From an uncultured Candidatus Saccharibacteria bacterium (GTDB lineage: Bacteria > Patescibacteriota > Minisyncoccia > Phycocordibacterales > UBA2100), in the NCBI GenBank assembly GCA_964471165.1, contig CAYYEX010000002.1, positions 60,965 to 124,964 on the forward strand: a stretch of 64,000 nucleotides of DNA, read 5' to 3'. The position numbers and the translations under genes are program-made. The notes under the pieces were generated by a model. It saw only the letters and a list, made by a program, of their open reading frames with translations. It searched no databases and was not told the origin of the DNA. This document shows, one piece after another, positions 44,364-53,049 of the stretch (position 1 is its first letter; each line of letters begins with the position of its first letter).

Positions 44364-45461
44364 ATGAAGATAGCCACGACGAAGGAAAAAATACTCAATG
44401 CGATTCTCATCGCTGAACGAGTCGTTGGTAAAAAAGAATCACTCCCAATTCTTTCTTGTATTTTGATTGATGCACAAAAGGAATTAGTAATACGAGCAAC
44501 AAATCTAGAAGCAGGGGTGGAAGTTGTTGTTCCAGCTGATATCCAAGAAAAAGGAACGATTGCAGTACCTGCCACGATTCTTTCTCAGACAATTCGTTCT
44601 ATCAACGGGGAAACAATTACATTCACAAGTGAAGAAGGAAATCTTTTGATTGAATCACGTGGTACGAAAACGCTCATAAAGGCCGTGCCACAAGCTGAAT
44701 TCCCACTCCTACCTACCACCACCACTAAAAAGGGTATTTCAATCAATAGGGAGCGTGTTATGCGCGGATTACAGGCTGTTAGCTATGCAGCATCCCCCTC
44801 AATGATTCGTCCGGACCTTGGAAGTATCTACATTGTGATAAAAGACGGCTCAATGGTGAGTGTTGCAACGGATTCATTTCGGCTCGCTGAGAAGACGATT
44901 ACAGGCACAGGGGCAAAAGATGATAATGAGCTCTTGATTCCTCTCAAGCACGCGCTAGAACTCACACATATTCTCGAACGCGTAGACGATGAGATGGTTG
45001 TAATAGCTATCGAAGATGCCCAACTCGTACTCTCTGGTGGTGGGGTACGGTTTGTCTCGAGAGTGGTAGACGCTACGTTTCCGAACTATAAAGAGATTGT
45101 CCCAAAGGCAACAGCAACCGAGGCAACTATATTAAAAGCCGACCTTGCTGAGATGCTTCGTAAAGCACGAGTGTTCTCCGGGAACGACCAGCATGTTGGA
45201 CTTCATATATACCCAAAGAAAAAGATATTTACTGTAACAGCTCGTTCGAGTGATGTGGGGGAGATGTCGGACTCATTCGATGCGGCTCTTACTGGGGACG
45301 ACCTCGATATCAATTTTCATATCGGATACCTTTCGGAATGTTTACCGAGTGTAGAGAGTGACAGTGTCACGTTATCCTTTGCGGGGCCCGGGAAGCCACT
45401 GGTTATTCGCGGTTCGTCTGACTCCTCGTTTATGTACCTCGTGATGCCTCTCAATCGCTAA
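44364..45461 (+). CDS. dnaN: DNA polymerase III beta sliding clamp
   Basis: 365 aa; three-domain clamp pattern; follows dnaA. Confidence 0.85.
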   Translation: MKIATTKEKILNAILIAERVVGKKESLPILSCILIDAQKELVIRATNLEAGVEVVVPADIQEKGTIAVPATILSQTIRSINGETITFTSEEGNLLIESRGTKTLIKAVPQAEFPLLPTTTTKKGISINRERVMRGLQAVSYAASPSMIRPDLGSIYIVIKDGSMVSVATDSFRLAEKTITGTGAKDDNELLIPLKHALELTHILERVDDEMVVIAIEDAQLVLSGGGVRFVSRVVDATFPNYKEIVPKATATEATILKADLAEMLRKARVFSGNDQHVGLHIYPKKKIFTVTARSSDVGEMSDSFDAALTGDDLDINFHIGYLSECLPSVESDSVTLSFAGPGKPLVIRGSSDSSFMYLVMPLNR

Positions 45462-45470
45462 GAGTCACCC

Positions 45471-46079
45471 TTACAGTACCGGTTTGATTTGTTCCAATAG
45501 TCGAGCAAACGCCTGCTCATCGTTAAAGTCGATGCCCGAGCGGTCAATGTGCACTGTGGGTACTGGAAACGTTGTGGTGTCTATAAATTTCTCGAATGAG
45601 CGTTTTACAGCCAAGAGGTGATTTTGAAAATAGTCTGTATCGAATGCTTCCGGACCGCTTTGTTTCAAAAGATTTTCACTCGTCGCGTCATCTTCACTTA
45701 ATATAATCAGTGCGTCGGGCCAAGGAAGTGTTCTCATATCTAAACCAAAGAGCTGTTTAAGGAGGGTGCGCTCGAATTCGTCAATGGGATATATATCGAT
45801 GTACGGCCCGCAGTTAACCCAGGCGGCGTCGAGAAAAGTATATGCACTCTGTGCAGTGAACGCTCGTGAGTTTTGTTGCATATCAACCGCCCTTCCCCGG
45901 AAATAGAGGTGTCGCTCCAAATAGTTTACCGGCGTACCGGGGACGTAGCGGATTTTTTCTGGTATCGGTACATCAGATTCGTAGAGAGCAGGGCATGAGA
46001 AATGCCGGGAGAGTTTCTTTGTAAGAAAAGTTTTGCCGCTGCGTGAAGGAGCAACAAATGCGATTACCTTTCCGTTCAT
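45471..46079 (-). CDS. P-loop kinase, deoxynucleoside-kinase-like
   Basis: N-terminal Walker A IAFVAPSRSGKTFL; 202 aa; family assignment tentative. Confidence 0.4.
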   Translation of the reverse strand: MNGKVIAFVAPSRSGKTFLTKKLSRHFSCPALYESDVPIPEKIRYVPGTPVNYLERHLYFRGRAVDMQQNSRAFTAQSAYTFLDAAWVNCGPYIDIYPIDEFERTLLKQLFGLDMRTLPWPDALIILSEDDATSENLLKQSGPEAFDTDYFQNHLLAVKRSFEKFIDTTTFPVPTVHIDRSGIDFNDEQAFARLLEQIKPVL

Positions 46080-46082
46080 GCG

Positions 46083-48506
46083 CTACTGGACCGTAAACGG
46101 TATTTGGGACGTCTCGGTTCCTTGTGTTGTCTGAGCGACCGCCTGTAAGCTTGCTGGCCCAGGACTCATGGGCACGTGTGTGACTGCGTATGGTGGCTGC
46201 GTTGCGGTGCCTATTGGAATACCGTTGAGCATATACGTGATTTGAATAACATTTGCAGGACTTGGGTGCGACGATGTGATTGTCATTGGCATACTGACGC
46301 GTACGTATGTCCCCGGGGTAGGAGAGGTGATTGAGAATGCCGAAACGGGGGTTACAGGAGTTTCAACGACACCTCCAGCACCTGGTGGGGTGGGCTGACC
46401 CGCAGCCCACAGCTGCACAGGATAGTCCCAGTATTGGTACTGTGAGTCGCCAGCACTTCCTCCACCACCTGCACGTGGATTGTCCTTATCGATCCAGTAG
46501 AGGATGTCGTGGATACCTTGCGAAGGGTTTGTGTTCCACTCACCGCGCAGAACTGGCGGCAGCGACCCACGCTCGGGATCCGGAGCAGGCTCAATAAATG
46601 GTTCTGACGGATACTTTGTGAGCGCGTAGGCCATGAACTCATGCCACATCGGTGCAATGATAAATGCCGCGATTTTTCTTTGCATCGGACTGTTGTTGTT
46701 GTTTCCCGCCCATGCGCCAACAGCTACACCCGGGGTGTATCCGATAATCCACACGTCGCGGTAATCATTTGTAGTTCCGGTTTTATCTGCAACCTTGAAC
46801 TCTGAGAAATTGAGTGGAGAATCCGCACCGAACTCTGGTGTGCGTGCAACGTTGTCGGAGAGCACATCGTTCATCTGGCGAGCAATCTCGGGATCGAGTA
46901 CTCGCTCATTGGCTTCTTTGTATTCCTCGAGCACCGCCCCATCACGGTCTTCAACACGAAGGATACCTGTTTCAGGTGCTCGCACACCATCATTTGCAAA
47001 TACGCCGTAGGCACCAGTGAGTTCAAGGAGTGTCACTTCGCCGCCGCCGAGCACGAGTGTGAGTCCATAACGGGAGGCATCGGTGAGTGTGGTGATACCA
47101 AGCTTCTGTGCCATTTGTAGCGAATCGTTTACACCTGCAAGGTACAGGGTTTTAACAGCGGGAATGTTTTTCGATTGTGCGAGCGCATTTCGGAGTGACA
47201 TTGGACCGGCAAAATTCAAATCGTAGTTTTCGGGGCTATAACATGGTGGCTCGCTAGAAAAGTCGTTGGGTTGGCATGAGGTAGAGAACTGTGTTTTCAA
47301 ATCGAACACCATAGTCTCCGGCGTATAGCCTTTTTGGAATGCGGTCGCATAAACAATCGGTTTGAACGATGAGCCAGGCTGACGGTGGGCAAGTGTCACG
47401 TTTACTTTGCCATCGATTGTATCGTCGAAATATCCCTTTGAGCCGACCATTGCAAGAATCTGACCAGTCGCGGGCTCTACTGCAACCATGCCCTGGTTCG
47501 AGGCATCGAAGTTTTTCAGCATTCCCGGAGCAAACTTTGCGACCGATTCCTCGGCTTTCTTCTGCAACTCGTAGTCGAGTGTGGTTATAACCTTGAGGCC
47601 CTCTTGCTGCACAGCGTCTACACCATACTTACTTTCCAAATATTCTTGAATGTAAAAGACGAAGTGTGGTGCTTTAATGCCAGCCTCAGCAACGCCACGA
47701 AACTGCACCTGGTCAGCGCGTGCTGCATCGTATTCCTTTTGGGTAATCATTTTATGGTCAAGCATTTCCTGCAGGACGCGATTTTTTCGGCTGTCGAGCG
47801 CTTCGCGGTGGTTGCCATGCGGAGAGAAATACGTGGGAGCCTGTGGAAGTGCCGCTAGATACGCTGCCTGCGCGAGGGTGACGTCGAGCGCACCGACACC
47901 GAAGAAGTATTGACTCGCTTCTTCAACGCCATAAATGGTGCCGCCGTACGGATTCTCGTTGAGGTACACGGTGAGGATTTCCTCCTTTGAAAACACACGC
48001 TCGAGGCGGATTGCAAGAATTATTTCCTGAATTTTTCTAGTCACCGTTTTCTTGCGGGTGAGCAATGCATTCTTTACTACCTGTTGGGTGATGGTGGAAC
48101 CGCCTTGGCTGAAGCTACCCGTTGTAATGTCGGCAAGAGCCGCACGAGCAAAGGCCATCGGACGGAAACCGAAGTGTTCGTAAAAGCTTGCGTCTTCGAT
48201 GGCGACAGTGGCTTTCTGGATGAATGGTGAAATCTGTTCAAGTGGGACAGATGTGCGGCGCATTGAACCATGCACATCGTAGAGCACGATGTTGCCGGTG
48301 CGGTCGTAAATCTTTGTGCTCTCAGCGACCTGCCGGTTTTCGAAATTATTAATAGAGGGAATCGGCATGAACGTGGCCCACGCAATCACCGCGCCGAGTC
48401 CGAAAAAAGTGAGTGCCGCAAGACCTGTTAAAGAGAGCCGCGCCCATTCGGGTAAGCGGTTGAAGAGGTGGCCTGTGCGCCTTTTTGCCTCACGTATTCG
48501 ACTCAT
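46083..48506 (-). CDS. class A penicillin-binding protein (glycosyltransferase + transpeptidase) with Pro-rich C-terminal extension
   Basis: GT51 motifs EDASFYEHFG, GGSTITQQVVKN; transpeptidase SSFKP; 807 aa. Confidence 0.8.
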   Translation of the reverse strand: MSRIREAKRRTGHLFNRLPEWARLSLTGLAALTFFGLGAVIAWATFMPIPSINNFENRQVAESTKIYDRTGNIVLYDVHGSMRRTSVPLEQISPFIQKATVAIEDASFYEHFGFRPMAFARAALADITTGSFSQGGSTITQQVVKNALLTRKKTVTRKIQEIILAIRLERVFSKEEILTVYLNENPYGGTIYGVEEASQYFFGVGALDVTLAQAAYLAALPQAPTYFSPHGNHREALDSRKNRVLQEMLDHKMITQKEYDAARADQVQFRGVAEAGIKAPHFVFYIQEYLESKYGVDAVQQEGLKVITTLDYELQKKAEESVAKFAPGMLKNFDASNQGMVAVEPATGQILAMVGSKGYFDDTIDGKVNVTLAHRQPGSSFKPIVYATAFQKGYTPETMVFDLKTQFSTSCQPNDFSSEPPCYSPENYDLNFAGPMSLRNALAQSKNIPAVKTLYLAGVNDSLQMAQKLGITTLTDASRYGLTLVLGGGEVTLLELTGAYGVFANDGVRAPETGILRVEDRDGAVLEEYKEANERVLDPEIARQMNDVLSDNVARTPEFGADSPLNFSEFKVADKTGTTNDYRDVWIIGYTPGVAVGAWAGNNNNSPMQRKIAAFIIAPMWHEFMAYALTKYPSEPFIEPAPDPERGSLPPVLRGEWNTNPSQGIHDILYWIDKDNPRAGGGGSAGDSQYQYWDYPVQLWAAGQPTPPGAGGVVETPVTPVSAFSITSPTPGTYVRVSMPMTITSSHPSPANVIQITYMLNGIPIGTATQPPYAVTHVPMSPGPASLQAVAQTTQGTETSQIPFTVQ

Positions 48507-48511
48507 TCTGA

Positions 48512-49021
48512 CTATTGTACAATTTTTCGTGTTTGTTCGCGATGTGCGAGGCTGCGCGCGTGTGCTAGGTGTGTAACACCGACGGCAATAGCGTCGTATT
48601 CATCGTCGTGCGAAATCTTTTTCTCAATCTTTACGAGCATGTGGAGCATGGTTGCAATCTGCTTTTTGTCGGCGCGGCCGGAGCTCGCCACCGCGCTTTT
48701 GATTTCGGCAGGGGAATATTCGTAAACGGTAAGCGAGGCGGAGGTTGCGGCATGTAAAAGCGCGCCACGCACTTCTGCAACACGCATGGCGGTAGTGCGA
48801 TTGGCCTTGAAATAAAGTTTCTCCATCACGACGCAATCAGGCTTGTGTGCAGTGATGAGTTCTTCGCACACGGAGACAACGGTATGCAGGCGTGCAACAA
48901 AATCAGATTTTGACTCTGTTTCCACACACGTCGAATACAAGAGTACATCTTTGATGCCGACTCTCTCGACTACTGCCATGCCGCATCGACCATATCCCGG
49001 GTCGATGGCAAGGACTTTCAT
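48512..49021 (-). CDS. ruvC: crossover junction endodeoxyribonuclease RuvC
   Basis: MKVLAIDPGYGRCGMAVVE N-terminus with catalytic Asp; 169 aa. Confidence 0.8.
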   Translation of the reverse strand: MKVLAIDPGYGRCGMAVVERVGIKDVLLYSTCVETESKSDFVARLHTVVSVCEELITAHKPDCVVMEKLYFKANRTTAMRVAEVRGALLHAATSASLTVYEYSPAEIKSAVASSGRADKKQIATMLHMLVKIEKKISHDDEYDAIAVGVTHLAHARSLAHREQTRKIVQ

Positions 49022-49222
49022 ATTGCCTGCTCCGGTTTGATTTCAAGGGCGCTACTTCCTTCGAAGCACGACATGCACAAGTTTTGTGACGCCTGATTAT
49101 CACCGGGAGGGGTAAAGAGAATGCCGCCCATGGATAAATCCGTGTGGCAGCGATTGCAGGTACCTTCCATATGAGGGCCAGTATACACCCGTATATGGCA
49201 AAGGGCCGCCCGCAGGCGACCC

Positions 49223-49948
49223 TTATGAATGGTGCAAAGCCGCCCTGATATGACGGATTACAAGCGTCAGCTCGAATACGAGGATACCGCGGCGACTGAA
49301 GACGGGCATCAAGTAATGTTCGGTTTCGCCGAGGGTGTGCTTGATTTTCCGTTTGCTTTTCGGCCAGAGGGTAAGCAAGTTATCCAACCGGTCTACGGCT
49401 TTCAGGAGAATCACCCGATAGTCCACATGCTCGTTGGCGAGCCACGAGAAATATTCGAGATTGACCGCGTGTTTTGAAGGGTACCTTTTGCCTCGGGCAC
49501 GCTTGGTGAGTGCAAGCACAAGCTCGGCGACTTCTGCATTGAACACCGCCGCAACACGGTCGTGGCTCCAGAGTGTGCGCTTTGTCTCAATCAGGTCATG
49601 AAGAATCATCGCAACAATCATGTTGATGTTGCGAATTCCCATGTACAGAACGAGGATGAGAGCACACCGCCGGAGATGTTCGAAATATGGCTCACCGCTC
49701 ATGCGATAGATGCCGTTGAACTCACGTTCGGCGACGTCGTATGCCTTGCGGATGAGCTCGAGCTCATCTTCTGTGTATATGTGCCAACTCGTGATGGTCT
49801 CGAAAAACTTCTCACGAGTGCGGGCATACACAAGAAAGTCGAACTTTGGACGCAGAATCATCGGAAGATTCATCTTCTCGAATATCTCGCGCGGAGTCGG
49901 TTCAGATGAGGCGAACGCTACGCTCGCCAATAAGCGCTGGCGAGCCAT
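49223..49948 (-). CDS. HD-domain protein, RelA/SpoT-type (p)ppGpp hydrolase-like
   Basis: FEHLRRCALIL...MILHDLIET (H...HD motif); start uncertain (longer ORF to 50101 has a non-native-looking N-terminus). Confidence 0.55.
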   Translation of the reverse strand: MARQRLLASVAFASSEPTPREIFEKMNLPMILRPKFDFLVYARTREKFFETITSWHIYTEDELELIRKAYDVAEREFNGIYRMSGEPYFEHLRRCALILVLYMGIRNINMIVAMILHDLIETKRTLWSHDRVAAVFNAEVAELVLALTKRARGKRYPSKHAVNLEYFSWLANEHVDYRVILLKAVDRLDNLLTLWPKSKRKIKHTLGETEHYLMPVFSRRGILVFELTLVIRHIRAALHHS

Positions 49949-50018
49949 AACGGGCCTCCTTGTATGTGGAATCTGGCGCGACAATACCAAGCTTGCCTCT
50001 GGGCCGCAATGGAGTAGG

Positions 50019-50498
50019 ATGCCCGCCATGACATTTAACCCGCGAGACCCACACTTCGTAAAAGCCCTCGTTTCGAACGTGGAAGAGGGTCTTGTGCTCA
50101 CTGCGGGCCTTCTTGCCGGGATTGCTATCGCGGGGATTTCTCAGACAACCATCGTGCTCGTGGGTATGATTTTTGTATTTACCGGGGGCATTGCCGCAGC
50201 GTCACGCTACAAACTCAGCCATCAGAATCATCCTGAATACGGGGCATCGTCAACCACGGCATGCATCATGATTGGCCTGCTCTATATTGTGGCGGCTCTC
50301 GTGCCAATTCTGCCCTACATGGTGCTGCCGGTAAGCAGCGGGTTTACGAGTTCTATCGTTTGCTCGTTTGCGGTTGCGTTCATAATCGGCATTTGGAGCG
50401 GCCACACCGGCTCTGCTGTGTGGAAGAGTGCCTGGCACCTGGCGTACGTAGCGGCAGCTGGCGCCATCATTGGTGCAATCGTGCACGCTGTCCTCTAA
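50019..50498 (+). CDS. small polytopic membrane protein
   Basis: ATG 50019 preceded by GGAG; 159 aa; four hydrophobic helices; the longer ORF from 49710 overlaps the HD gene on the other strand. Confidence 0.45.
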   Translation: MPAMTFNPRDPHFVKALVSNVEEGLVLTAGLLAGIAIAGISQTTIVLVGMIFVFTGGIAAASRYKLSHQNHPEYGASSTTACIMIGLLYIVAALVPILPYMVLPVSSGFTSSIVCSFAVAFIIGIWSGHTGSAVWKSAWHLAYVAAAGAIIGAIVHAVL

Positions 50499-50500
50499 GC

Positions 50501-51034
50501 CTATTCCGCGTTTGTGTACACATCCTCGACGTCGTCGTTTGCGTCAATCTCCTCGAGTATTTTCATGAGCGCCGCATTGTCGCCCTCGTTCAGAGGGACG
50601 GTTGTTTTTGCTGTGAACCCGCCTTCGACATCTTTTTCAAATGCCCACATCGCAGAACCTTGTGAGGCGAGGGCAAGACCGTTTTTTGTGAGGAGGTGTT
50701 TGATTTCCTGTGCAGTGCGGTTGCGGGAGTCGGTAACGGTGTTGATGAGGATGGCAGCACCGCCTGGCCCGTAGCTCTCGTACATGATGCTCTCCATCGA
50801 GCTCGCGTCGTTTGAAATTCCTTTGGCAACCGCGCGCTCAATGTTTTCTTTCGGCATGTTCTCTTTCTTGGCCTTTTCAATCATGGTGCGAAGCGTGGGC
50901 GAGGTAACGTCGCCGGCAGCCAGGCGACTCTCAACAATAATGCGCTTAGCGAGTTTGCCCCACACGTTGGACTTCGCCTTATCGGCCGCCCCCTTACGGT
51001 GTTTGATTTGTGACCATTTGTTGTGTCCGGACAT
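50501..51034 (-). CDS. yebC: YebC/PmpR-family DNA-binding regulator (short version)
   Basis: MSGHNKWSQIKHRKGAADKAKSNVWGKLAKRIIV is the highly conserved YebC N-terminus. Confidence 0.75.
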   Translation of the reverse strand: MSGHNKWSQIKHRKGAADKAKSNVWGKLAKRIIVESRLAAGDVTSPTLRTMIEKAKKENMPKENIERAVAKGISNDASSMESIMYESYGPGGAAILINTVTDSRNRTAQEIKHLLTKNGLALASQGSAMWAFEKDVEGGFTAKTTVPLNEGDNAALMKILEEIDANDDVEDVYTNAE

Positions 51035-51118
51035 TGAGTGATTTTATGCATTTGGGAGCGAATGGCAAACTTCATGTAAGAGCTATACTGTATTCATAGC
51101 AGTTAACGCTTTACGTTC

Positions 51119-51583
51119 ATGAAATCAATGATGGATGCGTGCGGACGGATGTTGTATAAGCCGTCGCTCGGACTACTTTTAATACGCGTTGGAACCGGTC
51201 TTGTGTTCTTGATGCACGGGTGGGGCAAATTCCAGAATATGGACGGCGCCAACGGATTTTTCTCAAGTATGGGATTCCCGATGGGGACCGCCACGTTTGT
51301 GGGAGGACTCGAGGTGATTGGCGGCATCGCACTTATTCTCGGCATCTTGCCGCGCGTATTTGCGATTCTCTTTGCAATCACGATGGCTGTTGCTATCTAT
51401 GCTACAGGCTTCTTTGCCAATGGCTACAAGCAGCACGAGCTCGAAATTGTCCTCTTGCTCCTCTCGCTTGGTGTCGCATTTGCCGGCTCAGGCCGCTGGT
51501 CGCTCTGGGCTGTCGAGTGCCGTAACTGCGGGGGAATGACATGCAAAGACGACCATCCACAGAGCGTTCCGGCACATCTCTAA
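51119..51583 (+). CDS. DoxX-family membrane protein
   Basis: LGLLLIRVGTGLVFLMHGWGKF DoxX signature; 154 aa. Confidence 0.65.
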   Translation: MKSMMDACGRMLYKPSLGLLLIRVGTGLVFLMHGWGKFQNMDGANGFFSSMGFPMGTATFVGGLEVIGGIALILGILPRVFAILFAITMAVAIYATGFFANGYKQHELEIVLLLLSLGVAFAGSGRWSLWAVECRNCGGMTCKDDHPQSVPAHL

Positions 51584-51671
51584 AGTGGCTCTGTAAAGCC
51601 GTGGAATGGCGGGTTTTGGGATATCCCCTGAGTTATCCACCCCACTATCCACATAGATACGCACGACTAAT

Positions 51672-51700
51672 CCCCCGAAACGGGGGATTTCGTGTTATTT
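51672..51700 (+). terminator. intrinsic terminator CCCCCG-aaa-CGGGGG + T-run after the DoxX gene
   Basis: hairpin plus ATTTCGTGTTATTT. Confidence 0.6.
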
Positions 51701-51732
51701 GCATGATTCATGAGCGCAGTATTATTTGATTT

Positions 51733-52001
51733 CTGATACGCCTTACCGTGTGTCAGCGAGAAACAGTCGATTGGTCGCAAGACCAAGAAAACCGAATCTC
51801 AGTTCCCAGGATTGGAGGAAAATGAAAGTTTTCCGGCGGCGTGGGAACAGTCGGTCAGAACAAAGGTCGTCCGGCGGAAGTCTCGTGAAAGCGAAACATC
51901 CAGCTCGAGTAGGGTGAGATCGTATCAAACCTTGCACAACCGAACGATTCGTCCGCAATGACCGAAGACGAAAAAAGGCCCCGAGTAATCGGAGCCTTTT
52001 T
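51733..52001 (+). ncRNA. candidate sRNA unit 1 (promoter-like TTGCAT-n15-TATTAT upstream; terminator GGCCCCGA-gtaa-TCGGAGCC-TTTTT at its end)
   Basis: no convincing ORF; begins with ccTTACCGTGTGTCAG, and the same 13-mer recurs just after its terminator; paralogous to unit 2. Confidence 0.4.
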
Positions 52002-52215
52002 CGTTACCGTGTGTCCTGCCAATTGTATCGGCTCACACGGCCACATATTTTCTTATCCCCACCCGATTCAAATATTTTTTGCAGCCCGTTTCTCGAGGGT
52101 AAACGCAAAATGCGGACGTTACTCACAGAGTTATACACATAGATATACAGTACTTTTCCACCAAATTTCGCTTTTTCGCAAAATTTGCGAAAAAACAAAG
52201 GGGGTATAGTAATCG

Positions 52216-52520
52216 AACTGATGCGCTTTACCGTGTGTCAGTCGATCTCAAGGGAGCGACGGCAACGTCGAAAACCCCGGAAATCAGTTCCTAGGATCTG
52301 TCTCAGCGTAAGCCGAAGTACAGTGCAGGAATGGGCGGCGAGAGCACAGGAGTGATTGCTACGAGACGGGGAGATTATATCAAGCCGAGAAGTGGAGATT
52401 GCTGATTCGAAATCGCCGTGAACACAAAGACCTCCCGCAAGGGAGGTCTTTGTGTTTGTCTCTGGCACGAATTCGAAAATCTGGAAAGGAAAAAGGCCTC
52501 GAATTTCTCGAGGCCTTTTT
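52216..52520 (+). ncRNA. candidate sRNA unit 2 (promoter-like TTGCGA..TATAGT upstream; internal 15-bp hairpin with GCAA loop; terminator GGCCTCGA-atttc-TCGAGGCC-TTTTT)
   Basis: starts ctTTACCGTGTGTCAG; shares gaaaacc..atc.cagttcc.aggat with unit 1; followed again by cgTTACCGTGcGTCc. Confidence 0.4.
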
Positions 52521-52599
52521 CGTTACCGTGCGTCCCGCTCATTCTATAGCCTTTATCAGGCGCGGAATTTGTAACGATGTGTGCATATCTGAGCAATGT

Positions 52600-52983
52600 T
52601 CAGCTTTTCACCATCAGTTTTTCTGGTTCGATGCCGTACGCTTTGCAAAACTTCAGGGCGCAGGCATGGAGTGGCGTGCCAGATTTTGTCTGAATTGCCC
52701 GCGAAACACGCTTTGCACAGAATGTCGCGTCCGATTTCTCCCGGCGGAAGAACTTGCCGATTTTCTCGCGGTCCCACGAAGGGTAGAGCGCACATGCTGC
52801 TGCCATCGCAACGACACGTGCGTGGGATTCGTTTGCGCCGCTCTCCAGGGAGCGCATGGCCTCGACCGTTGAGTTCAGGTGATGCGCTACTGCAGAGGCA
52901 AGGTCATGCATAAGCGACTCGGTGTACACGGTCGGAACCGGACCCTTTTTTGAGGTCAATTTATCCGATGGCGGTGCGTTCAT
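52600..52983 (-). CDS. stand-alone DnaA domain-IV-like (DnaA C-terminal DNA-binding domain) protein
   Basis: HARVVAMAAACALYPSWDREKIGKFFRREKSDATFCAKRVSRAIQT aligns by eye with DnaA domain IV of this genome's own DnaA ([42 protein letters not shown]); no AAA+ domain; start taken at MNAPP. Confidence 0.5.
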   Translation of the reverse strand: MNAPPSDKLTSKKGPVPTVYTESLMHDLASAVAHHLNSTVEAMRSLESGANESHARVVAMAAACALYPSWDREKIGKFFRREKSDATFCAKRVSRAIQTKSGTPLHACALKFCKAYGIEPEKLMVKS

Positions 52984-53049
52984 TTGAACTCCGGTTTTGA
53001 AAAGTGGGTGAATCTGCGCGCATCCTAAGCTTCCTGCGCAGGGAAGCAA

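Noticed and set aside
51733-52520. Tried to match the two sRNA-like units to RNase P RNA, tmRNA, SRP RNA or 6S RNA
   Set aside because: None of the diagnostic sequences were found by eye: no AGGGTGAAA/ACAGAA (RNase P), no tRNA-like 3' end or tag ORF (tmRNA), no GGAAGCAGC (SRP). Left as an unclassified candidate.
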